Positions 1-15,000 of a stretch of 64,000 bases of DNA are shown here, piece after piece. The notes beneath the pieces are model-generated. The model was not told where the DNA came from. It worked only from the letters and a program-made list of their open reading frames with translations, and ran no database searches. The stretch's first letter is position 1. Each line of letters starts with the position of its first letter. The stretch comes from Vitrella brassicaformis CCMP3155 (taxonomy: Eukaryota > Protista > Chromerida). Position numbers and translations under genes: made by a program. The stretch covers positions 62,001-126,000 of the forward strand of contig CDMY01000236.1 in assembly GCA_001179505.1 (NCBI GenBank), written 5' to 3'.

Positions 1-3000
1 GGAGTACTTTAGGTATGCACATGCGTTCGTCTTCTTACCACTAGTATCCATGCCTGTGTTTGACTGCGCCTATCAAGGGCTGAAGGGTACTGGCAGTGGC
101 AGCCCGTTTTCTTTCAATTCTTCCCAACTGTCATAGTAAGTCAGCAATGGTCGATGCCCCACGAACGACACCACTCTTTTTTAAACGCACCTGTGTCACA
201 GCCAACGGTTTTTGAGTGGACGTACTCAAAGAACGACTTTTCGAGATCGGGGCGGGACGTGGTATTCGTCGATGACATCCTGTGAGATGGCGAAAGCATA
301 TGTCCGAGAGCGCTCTTTTGTTCACCTTTTCGTATCTGCAGGATCACTGGTCTGGCCCCATACGTGACCACGATTGCAGACGAGGGCACGACTACTGTGG
401 CCACAGCGATGCTCAATATTACGCACAGCAACTATGACGATAACCAAAACATCAAGTGTCTCGTCCGTACTTCACAAATATCAGGTTCGCCAATCAGTAC
501 ACATGGCCTCCATCTCTCTGACTATGTCCGCCTTTTAGGTCCAATCAAGGGCGACCACGAGTGGACATGTGAGCGTGGAGCTCGCTGCCTCATCGGAGAG
601 GAAGACGAACCACTGCAAGGGACGAGCCTCTACAGCGCTGACAGGGTGGCACTTGCCCTGCCGGGGCTCTGCGGCTCCTACCTCGATCGTGTCGAGCGCA
701 ACCCGGCGTATGTGGGGGCCAAGGAAGCAGACGTGATTGGCGCGCAAGACTATCTACACATGTCTTTGGTATGTGTAGATATCTCTACGACTGCGACGGC
801 AAGATACATGACTTTGGCCTAATCTACAAGACGTGAGAGAGAAGAAGGCATCTCACGCAAACACGGAAGGATGATCTCCTCCCTGCGTTCTGTATCTCAT
901 GCAGTGCCGGGGTTTATGACGTCTGCTGGTGTCAAGGTGAGACGGATACCAGTGCTCGTTGCCGAGACCCCGCCAATTACAACGTCAATATCGGCACACT
1001 CAATCTTACATCGGGTACAGAATGACAGACGCATCGTAATCGCTGTACCTGCTGTGTCTCCATGAGTGCAGATTCGCAACCGCCGCGAGCTGAAATCTTG
1101 TCTTTTGAGGGAGTCAGCAGTGCTATTACGTTGAAGGTCCAGCCTTCGGAGCCTTCATACGGTGCGCAAAGTCGCACTTCATCTCAATTTCTTGACATTC
1201 GTATCTTGCACCTCCTTGCCACAGTGTGGTGTCTTTTGAAGGACCAGGCCGTCGTGGACTTTCCCAGTCTCACCACCCAGCTCGCTCAATGGAAGCTCAA
1301 TACTCCTCCTGCATCCGTCGATGAAGCAACAGCAACAGCAACAACGACCGGAACAGCCGCGACAACAGCAGCCACGGGAAGCACTGTGGTCCCGTATGCT
1401 GGGCTGTACTTCAGCCAGCCGAAGCTCTCGCTCGATTACATCATCGACGAATACTGGACCGTCACGGCGGTCAGCGGGCCCAACACGACGTACGGCTTCC
1501 GTTCTTTGAAGGAAAATACAGCTTACCACGCATTCTGCTACGCCGGTGAGCTGACAAGGCTTCACGTGCACCGGTGAAAGCAGCGGTTGGCGGCTTTTCA
1601 GAAGACGAAGATGGCAATGCGATGACTACTGAGCGAGTGCGACTTACGCGAAGAACAGTCAAGACTGGATGTAGGAAGCTGACAATAACATTCGTTCTTC
1701 TTTTCTTATGTCTCTACGTAACTGTCACTGTTTGCAGTCTGCGGATACATCCGTATGAAGCAACTGGATTCCTTTCCCACTGAGATCGGCTGGGAGCTGA
1801 TGGATACCAACTGCTACAGAGAGCCAAACTCCTACCAATCGTACGGCAAGAAACTGACTCTGCCTTGTGAGGTCCGGAATCTGTCTTGTTGGACAGAGCT
1901 TCTGGGACCCAATGGGACGTCTGCTGTATTCCTCCAGGCACCTACACCCTGAGACTTAAGGACTCATATGGGTTCGATGTATAGCGCTTCTGTACGTTTT
2001 GTTTACCCTCATTTTCTCTCCCTGTCCGTTGCAGAGACGGCTGGAATGGTGGCATCCTTCAGATGGCTTTCTACGATTGCAAGGCAAGCGAAGACAGAAG
2101 CCGTGTGTCAGATATGGTTGTTCATTATTCATTTTCCGCTTTTTCAGTGGTTTCGGACATATGGCGACACAGATGATACCGACGGCACAAGATTTGACAG
2201 CGGAGGAGTGTTTGACGAGGAGATAACAATACCCGCCACAGAACCAAGTAATGAAAATGAGGCTGTAAATAAGCTGTCGCCTTTGGTCTTGTCCTTTTGT
2301 TTGCCAGCGACGGTACCCGGCGCAGCTGTGTTAGCAGAGTGTGTCATCAAGGAAGGTACTGAAGGCTATTTTCGCATATGGGACAGGTCATTGGCTTCGT
2401 GCTATCGTTTGGGCAGATTGCAATGGTGGCGCCTGTATGGCGAGCCAGCGAGGGGACGGGGCCTGCCAGCAGGAGTGCAGGACGGCTGACTGCAATTGGG
2501 ACGACGGCGATTGCGGTGAGTCAAAGAAGAAACGCGCCATCCCTCCGGATCTTCTTTGACGATATTCCATCGGTCAGACATCACGGCTCCAACGTTGACG
2601 TACTCGTCGGTTTTCGGGCTGGACACTCAGTGCATAGTCCGCTTCACAGTGAATGAGCAATGAAATGTCTTCTGCAAGGCACTGAGCACGCTTGAACCGG
2701 AGCCGCAGTCGTCTCAAGTCATCCGAGATACGACATTCAACGCCTTCTTCATCGACATGAACTTCAATGGCACCATCTATGAAAGGTTAGACACACAGCT
2801 GCTCTGACATGAAGTGGCATTCGCACACTTCTCATGAGATCTTCGCACACTTCTCATCAGATCTGTGGTCGATATTGCTCCGGAATTCCGGAATTCCTAT
2901 TACCTTTATTGTGTGGCGGGTGAGTATTGCAAGGGAAGAACGATGTCTGCTGTCTCCTGTCTGGGTGACCTGTTTTTGATTGCTCACAGACGATCCGTCT

Positions 3001-6000
3001 GGCAACCTGGGCAACTACAGCAAGAGCAGTGTCTGTGAGACCCAGGCCGTTGGTGAGCCAACAGGATTCGTCCAGATCGATGTTCTCGAGGCCCGTCCTG
3101 TTGGAACTAACATCACGATTACTGTCACGATTGATCGTCCTGCGAGTAAAATGGCCAAGGGAAGCCGCATCGCTTTCATGCCACGCGTCTCGTTTATTGC
3201 TGTCTCTTGATTGGTCTCCTTCTCAATACAAAAGGGCAGGTGCGTTGCTTTTCTTACGACGCGGCGGCAGAGGAGCCTGGCGGGGACTATGCAGATAGCA
3301 TAGTGGCTCGTCCGACAGGATGTGATGATATGACATTCACTCCGCACACATCCAGCTTCGGCAGCATTATTGAGTCCCACTATTCTTACAACCTGGCCAA
3401 GGATCCATTGCAGAATCGAACACTGTCCATGCCTGCATACGGAACCGACGCGGACAATATGGTACATAGGTCATGGGCGAAAACCTTACGGTATTATATC
3501 CTCTGCTCCCTTTGTTCAGGTCATGTGTTGTGCAATCGACTTTTATGACCGCGAGTGGGGCGAGACAGAGATATACCAGTTTGTCCAGGGGTTCAGTCCT
3601 GTTAGAAGCAATCCCCCCGATTCGACACCTCCGTCTAACTTTTTCATCGCTCAGCCGGGGGAAACATACGGGCCCGAGGACCCACCCGAATCGCACGACC
3701 CTATCACGACAAGCAGATCGCTGGAGTTCACTGTGCGGCTAGATGAGACGGGCGGAATGATCTGCGGCAAGTGATGCCACGGACGTCCATGAGGTGGAAG
3801 GAAATGTAGCATTTCTCTCTGCTCCTTCAGGCTTTGCTGAAGACATGAACGTAGTGGACCAGGCGGCCATCCAAGAGCTGCAGGACTGGAATTACTGGTA
3901 GACACGGATTCAGTTGTCTGCCGTCACACTCCCTGCTATTTGTTTTTCAAGGATGAGTCCATGGATTGGCGGCTTCGATGTACACTATATTGCTGCCAAC
4001 ACATGGACGACCATTGAGGTGGGGGATGAGGGTCAGTACTACTACTTCCATTTTCAGCCGGGTCGCATGTACGAGATGTGGTGCACAGCGAGAGATGAAG
4101 CGTGGAACTGGATCTCAGCGGCAGACATTGCAAGCGACGCATCTGATCCCCCCAAGTACAAGCTGATGGTAGCAGCCAGCATCGCAGATCCCCCCGTGCT
4201 TTCTTTCGGCGAGCATGAGGCCTACTACAACTACCTTGAGATCAATATCACGGCGACAAAGGAGGGCGCAGTAGTATGTCGGGCTGACCCTCCGGGCTCT
4301 GTCGATTTCGCTTCGTTTGATCCTGACCAGCCGCCCTACGATCCCGGCATATACACGTCACATTTTGTCGACATGTCTTTCGGCACACCGCACGAAATGC
4401 AAAATGTGGGACAGGCGGACATCGACAACGACCATGTCAATACATCGGTGTCTCTATACATTGGGCTTGATGACCTCAACATGGATGGAACGATCGCTGA
4501 CTGGGATGGTAAGAAGAGACATCGTCACAGAAACATGTCTCCATATTTTGCCCTTGCAGTCTACTGCATTGGTCGGTCGGATAGTGGAGGAATCACGCCT
4601 TTTGCGCAAGTCAATAACAGCATGCAGACTGTCACGAAGCCCACAGCGCCTGTCTTTCCAAGTATCACTCTGTCCGTCATTGAAGCAGCGGAAGAAGAGG
4701 TGTCTGTAGAGCTCAGCGTCCCCTTTCCGGGACTGGTGGTCAATTGCATTATGTTCCTCAACGATAGCAACAACTACGCCGAAGCAGTTACGGGTCCAGA
4801 CGTCAGCAATGCAATCAGCATGATGTATGTCCCGGGCGCCGGCGCCTCACACGAGTTTTGGCTTGACGACGAACCTGATGCCAACACGAGCTTGCTGATA
4901 TCGCCATCAAAGACTTTCACTGCCTACGCTGACAATGAGACGCTCATGAATGCCTCACCAATCACACCAGCAACTAGTCTTTCGCTGGTGTGCTTTGCGG
5001 GTCAGATGAAAGGATGCATCCTTCCATGTTTCTATACATTCCCTATCTCGTATTTTCAGAGCTTGTGACAATCTCTGGGTGGCATCTGGACAATGCCACG
5101 TCTGGCTCAGTTGGCAACGCGGGCAGAACATCTTTACGCACAATCTTCAGCCTGTCATCGGGCAACGACACTGTCGCTCCAGAGTTCACATCGGTGGCGA
5201 CATACATCCGCGCAAAATGATGTCCAACGTTGTGTCCTGCTTGATGCTGCCTTCTGTTTTACTTCAGGAGATAGGAGTGATAGCGGCACAGACGTCGCTT
5301 ACGCTAACCATCAGGACACTGAAGGAAGAGTTTGCGACCGTCTGGTTCATTCTAACAGACGAGGAGGCAGACCCGCCTGATGCGTCAAGTGTCGAGGCGA
5401 ATGGCACGCAGGCGACACGGTCTGACTTTTCAGGCACCGAGCACGAGCACACAATCACCTTCTCAGGGCTCACCCCAGCAACCACACAAATGGCGTACGC
5501 AGTTGCAAGTGAGTGAGAAGAAAGGGACAAATGCGATTAACAAGCCGTGATTTTGTCCTTTTTTCTCGGATTCAGAGGACATGTTTGGCAATGCGATGGA
5601 CGACGAGGACGTGCAAGAGAGGGTCAGGAGCGTGCGAAGTAAGCGAGACGACAAAAATGTGCCATTTCATCCGCGGCATCTCATTGTTTGTCTCACTGGC
5701 TTCCAGCTGCTTGCCCGACGGGAACCACAGACAACTATGCGTAAGCGACGAGACATATTGCCCTGCTCTTTCTCAGTGTCATCTCATCTGTGGCATGCAT
5801 TGTATGTCTCGCTGGTTTCCAGCACAATGGATAAAGTGGTAGGTGAAGAAGGAAGAAGACACCAACGGGTGCACACCACTTGGAGACGGAATCTGCTTCT
5901 GCTGTCAGACTGGTACGATTATCACCGACGAGACCGGCATCACGGAGATTCTCGGCACTGGCGAGACACGAAGAGCTGTCGATACAGGTCGGACAGCGGG

Positions 6001-9000
6001 CACGAAGATACCGCTGGCACACATAAGCGATCTGTGTTGCAGGAACGAACGAGATCACTTCCCTCGGCGTTCCCTTTACAACCTTCTCATCCGTATCCAC
6101 TGTCTTCGTTTGGTGTTACTTCAAGCTCGCCAACATCAACTTCGTATACCCAGACCTCCACGTGGGTAAGCCGATTGGATATGACGCGCAATGGCAATAC
6201 ATTGTAATGGCAATATTCCTTGGACTGCCACGGTCTGCATCAATCAGGTCAGCCAATATCAGTCTCTGGCTCGAAACCCGTGTTTAAGCCCTTTCCGAAA
6301 TGGATTGGCAAAATGCGTACGTCATGCTCGGCATATCTGAAAACTTCGAGGTTTTCAATGTCAAGGTCTCTTACTTGCACAATCGTCACGAGCTAATAGA
6401 CCTGGCTGAAAGATGTCCTGTTCCTTCGGGTGGTCTTTTTTAGGCCACATTCAGCGCCGCTTCGCAGTGCAGCAGCAAGTAAGAAGGGGGGGAGATGATG
6501 CCGTGCAGAGCTAGGGATGCCTTCTCTGTATATATCGGCAGATTCTACACGTCCTTGACGACCATTCCTTTCTCTGAGTTTGCGGTGAGACCCTGAGCAT
6601 AGGAAAAAAATTTCGCTTCTAAGGGTCACTCAATTTCTCGATTCAGACGGGCGAAAGGGAATCAGCGAAGGCTCCCTTCAAGTGTCGTCACTAACCAACC
6701 CAAAAGTTTGCTACTGGGAACGCTCTTTCAGCACACCCATAGAAGTCAGCCTAGAGACAGAGGATGGTAAGCTGCAGGGACGAGCTTTGGCAGCCAAGAC
6801 ATGGTCCTTTTGCGCTCGTGCGTCGAATAGAGATGGATATTCAAGCCACAGCGCCTGATTACAGTTTATGGGATGTTGAATCAACGCCGCTGCAGCTCAC
6901 ACCGCCTGCTACTGTGCTTCGAGGCAAGAGCGTCAAGGTCGTGGTCTCATCGGGCAGTGGGGACACCACGGCAGTGCTCTTCCCTTTCCTCGACTCCACA
7001 ATCAGTACGCGACGAAGGCGTGTTGGCTGGCTTTGCGGCTGACGGCTTATTATGCCTCCGTGTGCAGCTCAGGGATCGTTTTGCGGGAACTTGACAGTGA
7101 GTGATGCTCAAGCGCGAGGCTACCCTGTCACTCAGAACGGAAACACAGAGACGAGCTCTTTCGTTTTCCAATTCTCGTCGGGCACGTAAGGCAGCGACAG
7201 AAAAACAGACGAGGAATAGGCGAGAAGGTCTCAGGCCTTCAAATGTGCTTCAGGTACGCTATGTGTTACAGCGGTGTCTCCAGTGTGTGGGGCTATGCAT
7301 TCAACAAAATTGGGACGACCTTCAGCATCGGAGGGCCAGACGCCAATCAGGACGTGTCATGTGTCAAACGCCAAGTGTGCACTGTCGGGCCAATCGAAGG
7401 AGACAATCTCGATGGCAACGACCTGATGCGAATCATGCCGCTGGGCCAATGCGGCACCACTGATGCTTCGGGATTTCCAGGTCAGCAAAGTTTTCTGTGT
7501 GTGTGTGTGTGTTTTTTTTTTTTTTGAAGTCGGGAGCCCAGCATTCCTTGTCTCTGCGTGTGTCCAGGGTCGGACGGCAGCTACGCAGACTCGCTGTCTA
7601 ATGCTGCTGTGTACACAGCTGGCACCGGGGGCAGGGGCTCTCAGGAATATAGCTTTGGCTTCGGAACTGAGATCATTACTGCTGACGCCGGGCAGTACAG
7701 CATCTGCTGGTGTGACAAGCCTTCGTACCCTTGCGACAACGCGAGCGGCTTCACTGTCGATGTGGGCACACTGTCGGTCGTTGGCCCGACGGAAGGACAG
7801 AGCATCACGTGCTACAAGGTGTGTGCTAGGAGAAATGAAGACACACATATGAATCCCCTTCTGCTTTCGTTCGTGTCATCCATTTTTCAGGGTGACAAAT
7901 GCATAATTGCGGGACTGACAGGACAAGGCCTTCAAGCGGGGGACCAGATCATCGTGGGTTTTGTGATCCCATCAGATTCGAAAAGGTCACAAATTGTGAC
8001 CTTTTCTCCATTTTGTGTTCGCATCAGATTCGCACCACGCCTGGCAGCTGCGACACGGGCAATCCCGTGGTCCCAAACCTTTCAGCTACGGGCAAGACAG
8101 AGCCTGGCGAGCTGAACGGTGACGGGGTGCTGGAGTTCCAATTCGGCACAGGTATGTTGGACAATGGATGGCTCTGTGCATCCTATTTGCATTTTGTTTG
8201 CATCCCTGCCTTCTGCTGTGCATCGTTTTGTGCAGAGCCAGCAGACACCATCAACGCCGATGCTGGTGTATATGGGATGTGCTACTGCTCCTCTGCCCTC
8301 TCTGTGGACTGCTCTGTCGAGGCGAACTTCAAACTCGATGCAGGCACTCTGACGGTCGCTGGACCCACGACAAACCAGGTCCTTTCCTGTTTTCGCGGGG
8401 CAAGGTGCAGAGTGAGGAGCCTGGACGGCGCAGGACTCGTCGCCGGGGATCGACTGCTTATCAGAGAGTCACCAACCGTAGGCAATGGATTTGGACAGTA
8501 CCCGGCATTTTCTCGGCTTCGATATCTCTGTGTCTCCTTCAGGGCAATGCATGCACGGGAGCTTACCCACCCTCTGGATTTGGACACTCGGTGGTGGAGA
8601 ACAGCCTGTCGGGGGACGCGACAGCCAACGGTGACGGCACTCAGGATTTTGTCGTCCCTGACATTGCTCAGACACTCAGCCAGGCGATGTCCATCGAGGC
8701 CATCGACAATGGCGACTATGTTGAGGAACGCGCAATCATCTACACCGCACCGAGCACTTCTGAAATGTGTTGGTGCGACTCAATCAAGAGCGCCCAAAAT
8801 TCATGCACTTTCGCTCTGTCCGCTGGGACACTCAGAGTGAGATGCACATGCCAGCAGCGACAAGGGGAGCAGAACCGTTGTGCGTCTCATGTCTTGCAGA
8901 TTGCCGGGCCAAATACGGGGGCTCAGAACCAGAATGGTGTCACGACAACAACGTTCTCAATCGAAGTGGAGGGGCTCTACTTGACCAACACAAGCCGCAT

Positions 9001-12000
9001 CAAGGTGAGGATCCGCTGGAACATGGATACGATTAGGCAAGGGAAAACGCCTATTGTCCTCTCTCAGGTCATCGACAGTACTGGGAATTGCGGGCAGATC
9101 CACTCATCTGATCCTACTGCGTCAGACTTGACTGGCTCCGTCACGTCATCAGATGCAGTTCCCAGCATCACAAGTGAACACGTCAACAGAGCGAGGCGTC
9201 TGATCGGCAAGAACGTCCGATATCTGTTTCTTTGCTGACTGAGACATATAGGTGGCGGTCAAAAGGCGACGTATTCGAATTACCAGTTCTCTGTCGCGGG
9301 CACATACAAGGTGTGCTGGTGGAACGGAGAGCTGCAGACGGATGCTGAACTCGCCGCAGGACAGGACCTTTCAGAATGGTACGGACTCGTGACCAAAACA
9401 GGCGAGGCTTCCAGAGTGGGCCCCTGTGCAGGTATACGATTGACGTCGGCAACCTTACCGTCACTGGCCCTACTCTCAATCAGAAATTCAGCGGCATCAA
9501 GGATAGAAGCTTTGATATCCGGCTAAAGGGTTTAGCGCTGAACACCAAGACCAACCCGAGGCTGCTGATCATCGATGAAAGCGCTCAGTGCTCTTCGGGA
9601 TCGCAGGCTAATGCCGTTCAAGTCGCCCCAGAATCTCCCAGCACCAGCCAAAGCACCGTGCTTGTGTACAGGAATGTGCTAATGAACACCATCGGTGAGT
9701 ACAAGGTGTGTTACAGAGAAGGAATCGGCAGCCGTTTGGAAGTTGGAGTTATCAAAATCGAGGTCAGCGTGCAGACTGGACAGAGGAAGCGCAGCATCTC
9801 GCCTCTGTGGGCCTTTAAGTGCAGGACAAGAAGACCTTTTCTGTGGACGATCTTGTGGAGGAGGCCCTTCCGCTCAAGAATCCCGTCGCGGTGACTGACA
9901 ATGGCGAGGAGTTTCTCCTCTTCGTCCAAGTTGATGAGACTGCGGGCACAGGCAAGCTCCAGAAGATCAAAGTCACCAACAATGATATGATGGAGAAGGA
10001 GTACACCTTTGAGTTCGGCGTAAACATCTGCACACGCTCTGGCTCAACAATGGGTCAAGACACATTTTAGTCTTTCTCCTTCTCCGTGTGTCTCTCCGAT
10101 CAGAGTCTTACACTGAGTAAGCCGTCAGCTTCCCTTGTCGTCAAGGACATGCATCCAGGCTTGACTCCCCCTGACCGCCTGTTCCTCTTGGATGAGCATC
10201 GCATTATCAAGCTCTACTGGTGGTCAGCTCCTGCACCCGGACAATCACTGGGGCCGCTGACACTGATCTTCGGCTCGTCTTTGGCAAACCCCCCGCACGA
10301 CAACAACAACTTTTACAGACCATCTGCCCTTGCCCATGCTGTAATGGGCGCAACAATTATGTCTTTGTCAGCGACTCGGTAGGCGAATATGCAAAGCAAC
10401 ATCTCCTCTTCTGCCCTATTGTCGCTTTCGTGCCAGGGCAACCACCGAATCGTAGTGCTGAAGGTCAACGGTGACGCTGCGCCAGCTGTCTTCGAGTACC
10501 AGGTGTGCTTTTTTCTGTTTCGCAACGACTTCCACGATCTGCCTCAATTCTCGTGTTCGCCACACCTCTCCTTTCTTCAGTGTCACTTTGGTGAAACCTT
10601 TAAATTCCTCCGCGAAACGACCGGACTTTATTCTCCAGCCGGCATCGCGTAAGACTGACGATAACACTTTGAGAGAGCAGCATGAAGTAGCTTTCTTCGA
10701 TTTTTAGGTACGGCGAGGACACGGGAGGCGTCACAATCCTGAATGGCAAATACCTCTTTGTCGCGGATCAGCTGAATCATCGGCTTATGATATTGGAGGT
10801 CGCCGATCCATGGAATGCCAACACCTGTCTGACCTTCTGAGCCCAAGTAAGCTAAGCGCATGGACGAGAGAATGATTATGACCGGCACGCCATGCGCATC
10901 TTTCTCGGCGCAGTTTGGTGTGACTGGAGTCGCGAAGAAGTCAGACGAAGGACTGGCAAATCCCAATGCTGTCAGCTACTACGACGGGCTTGTGGTCGTG
11001 GGCGAACTCGACAACAATCGCCTCGTCGTCCTAGACGTCCGGTAAGGAGGGAGCCGTTGCGTTGGAAAAGACTACAGGTATTATCAATTCTATGGCGCTG
11101 GCATGTCTCAGCAAGCTGTCGACCGACTCCAGCGTGACCTTCTTGACAGAGGTCACTGTTTCCGATGCGAATGCTATCAGGTAAGTCTTGCAACACGAAC
11201 GCATTCCGTAACAACTTTTTTCTGTGTACCAGGGGGCTACTAACTAAGGTACCTCAGACAGAGACACGCAGACGACTCAAAGCTGAGGGAGAGGATGAGG
11301 ATGAAGCCATCGAATACGAGCCACCACCGGCTCATCGCAACTTGGACGGCAGCCCCATCAATCCTGCCCGGCGACTGAGCGTCAATCCCTGTAATCTCAC
11401 CACAACATCTGGATGGCTGTACTTCAGCACAGAAAAGGTGTGATGCACGGCTCATGAGTGAGACGCGGTGACCGTTTCCCCCTTGTGTGTTGTCCAGGAC
11501 AATAAGTATTCTCAAGAGTACAATCTGGGTATGTCCTCTGTCTATGAGGCGATCAAGCCCGTGCAATTCTCATACACCGTCCCAGTACGTTAAAGAGAAA
11601 TTGCTTATCTTTCAAACACGTTGAGCTGCCTGTCCTTCTGTTGTCCAGACACTGATCGAGATCGATGGAACGCTCCGCAGCTATCCTGCAACTCTCGTAG
11701 CGGGCTTTGACAAAGTTGACTGCTTTACAAGTGGCACCCTGCCAAGCTCGTAAGCGAGGAACGACAGCCAGGGATAGGTCCTCAATTCTGCATACCCCTT
11801 TGTTGGCAGTCTGTCTGTCAACGCCGCTACTGGAGCCTTGGAGGGCACACCAAACATTGCGACTGCCGAAGGCTCATACAGGATTTACGCTCACAATGTG
11901 GCGGCCACCACGTCATTCGATGTGACATTTGGCGTCTATTGCCTACAGTAAGCGATGGAGACATGGGCAGAGAGCCAGTCTGTCCCTGCTCCCTGTCGAT

Positions 12001-15000
12001 GCGTGTGGATATGCATGTCTTTGTGAAGGGGCAACTACTACGATACGACCACCGACACTTGCAAGGCCTGCCCACAAGGCCAATATGCGCCGAGAGGCAA
12101 TACACTGCTCATCAGCTGCAGCGCGTGCTCGGCCGTGGTAATGTCACAGCGATGAGAAAAAAGGCAGGAGAGAAGTCTTGTTACTCGCTCGCTAACTGTG
12201 TGCCTTTCTCCGTGCAGCGAGCCCAATCAACCACAACTGAGGCTGGCAAGGCTTTCCAGGCGGACTGTCTATGCACATATGGATTTGAACCGGATGTCTC
12301 AGGCGCATGCAAAGCTTGGTACGCACCTTGTCATGGCACGACATTTTTGCTTACCTTCCCTGTCTTTGGGGCATGTCTCAGCCCTATCGGCAAGTACAAG
12401 GACAGCATTTCAGACAACACATGCACCGACGTACGGCAGACAGCAGAAGGGATTGAAAAGTCTGACTTGGATTGCTTTCTGGCAGTGCGGCGGCGGGAGG
12501 ACGACGAATGCCACTGGGATGACAGCCGAGGCCAACTGTGTGTGCGAGATTGGCTACGCACTGCTAGATGGAGCATGCCAGCCGTGCGAGCAAGGCAAAT
12601 ACTGTCCGACTGTTGGTGAGATCGGCAAATTTATAGGCAACAACATAGAGGTGGGATGGATGCATGAAGATGGTATTTCTAGGTGGCCAGCCCCAGTCAT
12701 GTCCCATCGGCTTCAACACCGTGGGCACGGGAGCCAGGACACTCGACGAGTGTCTATGTGACGAGGGGTACTACACAATAGAATAGACTGTCCACCGTCT
12801 TAATTGTAGCTCCCACGGCTTGATTGTCTGACTGCAGTTATACCTGGCGAGACGAGACGTGCAAGCCATGCGTCATTGGCACATTCAAAGGAGACGTATC
12901 CAACCAGCAATGCACACAGTGCCCCTACGCATTCAGCACAACCGATACATAGGGTCGGACTGTAGAGACATTCTGTGAGTGCCTCCCTAGGTACTTCCGC
13001 ACAAACAACGTTGCCGACTGCGAAGTGTGCCCAGGTCATTTGCGTGTCTCCACATTTTTTGCGTGTCGCCACATTGTCTGCGTGTCTCTTCCGCAGTTGG
13101 ACACGTATGTCTTGGAGGCAAGATTGGCACGGACGAGCGCAACGCGGAGCTGTGCATCCCAAGTGGAATCGGCACCACGACCAACTCAACAGGGGTTGCC
13201 GACAGGAAGAACTGCATATGTTCGGAAGGCTACTACAGCGCATACAACTTGCCAGTCCCCGATTACACGAGCATGGACTATCCGAATTGCACCAAATGCA
13301 CCACGGGCACCTACAAGCCATCACGTGGCAACCACGCGTGCTTCCAGTGTGTCCGGAATGCCAATACCTGTCCACCCACCGTTGATAAGAGCCAGCCACA
13401 GACGTGTGCAGAGGCCCCGGGCGCCATTGCGGTTGATGACTGTCGATGCCAGTGGCTATTATTACTGGATTCCAAAGCAGGGAGAGGAAGGCGAGGCTCA
13501 CTGCCGCCTGTGCGAACTCGACTACTATTGTCTTGGTGGGAAGGACGAAGGAGGCGCTCACCGGCCTCGCCAGCCCTGTCCCGCCAATGCTGTGACTCTC
13601 CAATTGGGTGCTGACAATGTCGATCGATGCCAATGGTCAGTCAGTCAGCTGTCCGGCGCCCATGCGTACACATCAATGCTGTTATAACCTTTTGATGCCT
13701 GTTGCAGTGAGAAGGGGTACGAGCAGATCACACAAGGTGATGAATGGGTGTGCCTTCAATGTGAGCCGCACACATTCAAGGACACCATCGGCAACACACC
13801 CTGCAGAAAGGTATGAGTACATATCAGCATCACTTCGTCTTCACCCTCCCTCCCTCCCTCTCTTGCTCTCTCTTCTTCTTCTCGCTCTCTCTTCTTCTTC
13901 TCGCTCTCTCTTCTTCTTCTTTTTCTCCTCCTCCGTTCATCCAACCCACAGTGCACTGACATAGGGTTTCAGTACACCCGCTGGATCCCTCGAGCGAATG
14001 GCGAGGTCGCACCCATCTCCGGTGCAACTTCCGAAGAGGACTGCACTTGCCAGCCAGGATATTTTTGGAAGCCTTACAGGCGGGAGATAACTATCATTGT
14101 GGACAACACCACTACTACAAACGGCACGGCAGCCGACAGCGGACTGAATGGCACAGTGAGTTTCGACGAGACGACAGCTGTTTTGAACAAGGCATTGGAT
14201 TTGAATGCCACTACTTCTGAGAACATGATGAACGTGACAATCGGCGCGAATGGCACACTGGTGGGCGGCGACAACAAGACAACCATTACATACGGCGAAT
14301 GGAAACTGCCGAGCAACACGAGCCTTCCAGCGTACGCTACAGCTGACATACTCGCGTATAAGGAGATGCTCGCGACGAGACGGCGCGAGAACAAGTGCAT
14401 GGATCTGAAAGAAGACAGTCAAGACTACATCGATTTGATGTGCGGTGAAGCAGCAGCTACCACCGTACCTCCTGCTCATGTGGGGAACATCACATCAACA
14501 ACAGCAGCTCTCGACATGCTGACAACAATTGCGCCCACTGGTGCCCTCACGGGCTCGCTTTTCAGCACAAACGAGCTTCTCCTGGCCACAACCACGGCTC
14601 CCCCTGCAAACAGCTCGCTGGAGACGCTCAGTCCTTCCACAATCGCCCCTGCTTCTCTTCGTGCTCTGCTGTCATGGGATTTCTGGACAGAGCGAGAAGC
14701 GAGAAGCCGCGTTCTTCAAGGCAGCGCGCCATCAACAACTCCGCCAATTTCGCCCATCACTGTCACAACTGTCAGCCCATCTCCGAGCTCCCTTGTGGAT
14801 GCGAGCACCGTCAGTCCCAGCGAGACACAGAACAACGTCACAACCACCTCCCCTGCACCTCTCACGCTGACAACACCTGGGCCACCAGAGGACCAGTGCG
14901 TCAAGTGTACCAGCGATCCCCTGGCGCTGCACCATTTCTGTGGGGGCATGTAGTTCCCACCCATTCGTTGTGACGAGGGTGGCGAGAGCGACGAGCAGAC

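Noticed and set aside
6166-6770. Apparent gene break or promoter inside the CRMP-like gene (no long ORF; ATG at 6764)
   Set aside because: Several small plausible exons with ag/gt boundaries (GHIQRRFAVQQQ, ARDAFSVYIGRFY, TPIEVSLETEDG) bridge the region, so one gene is more likely, though unproven.
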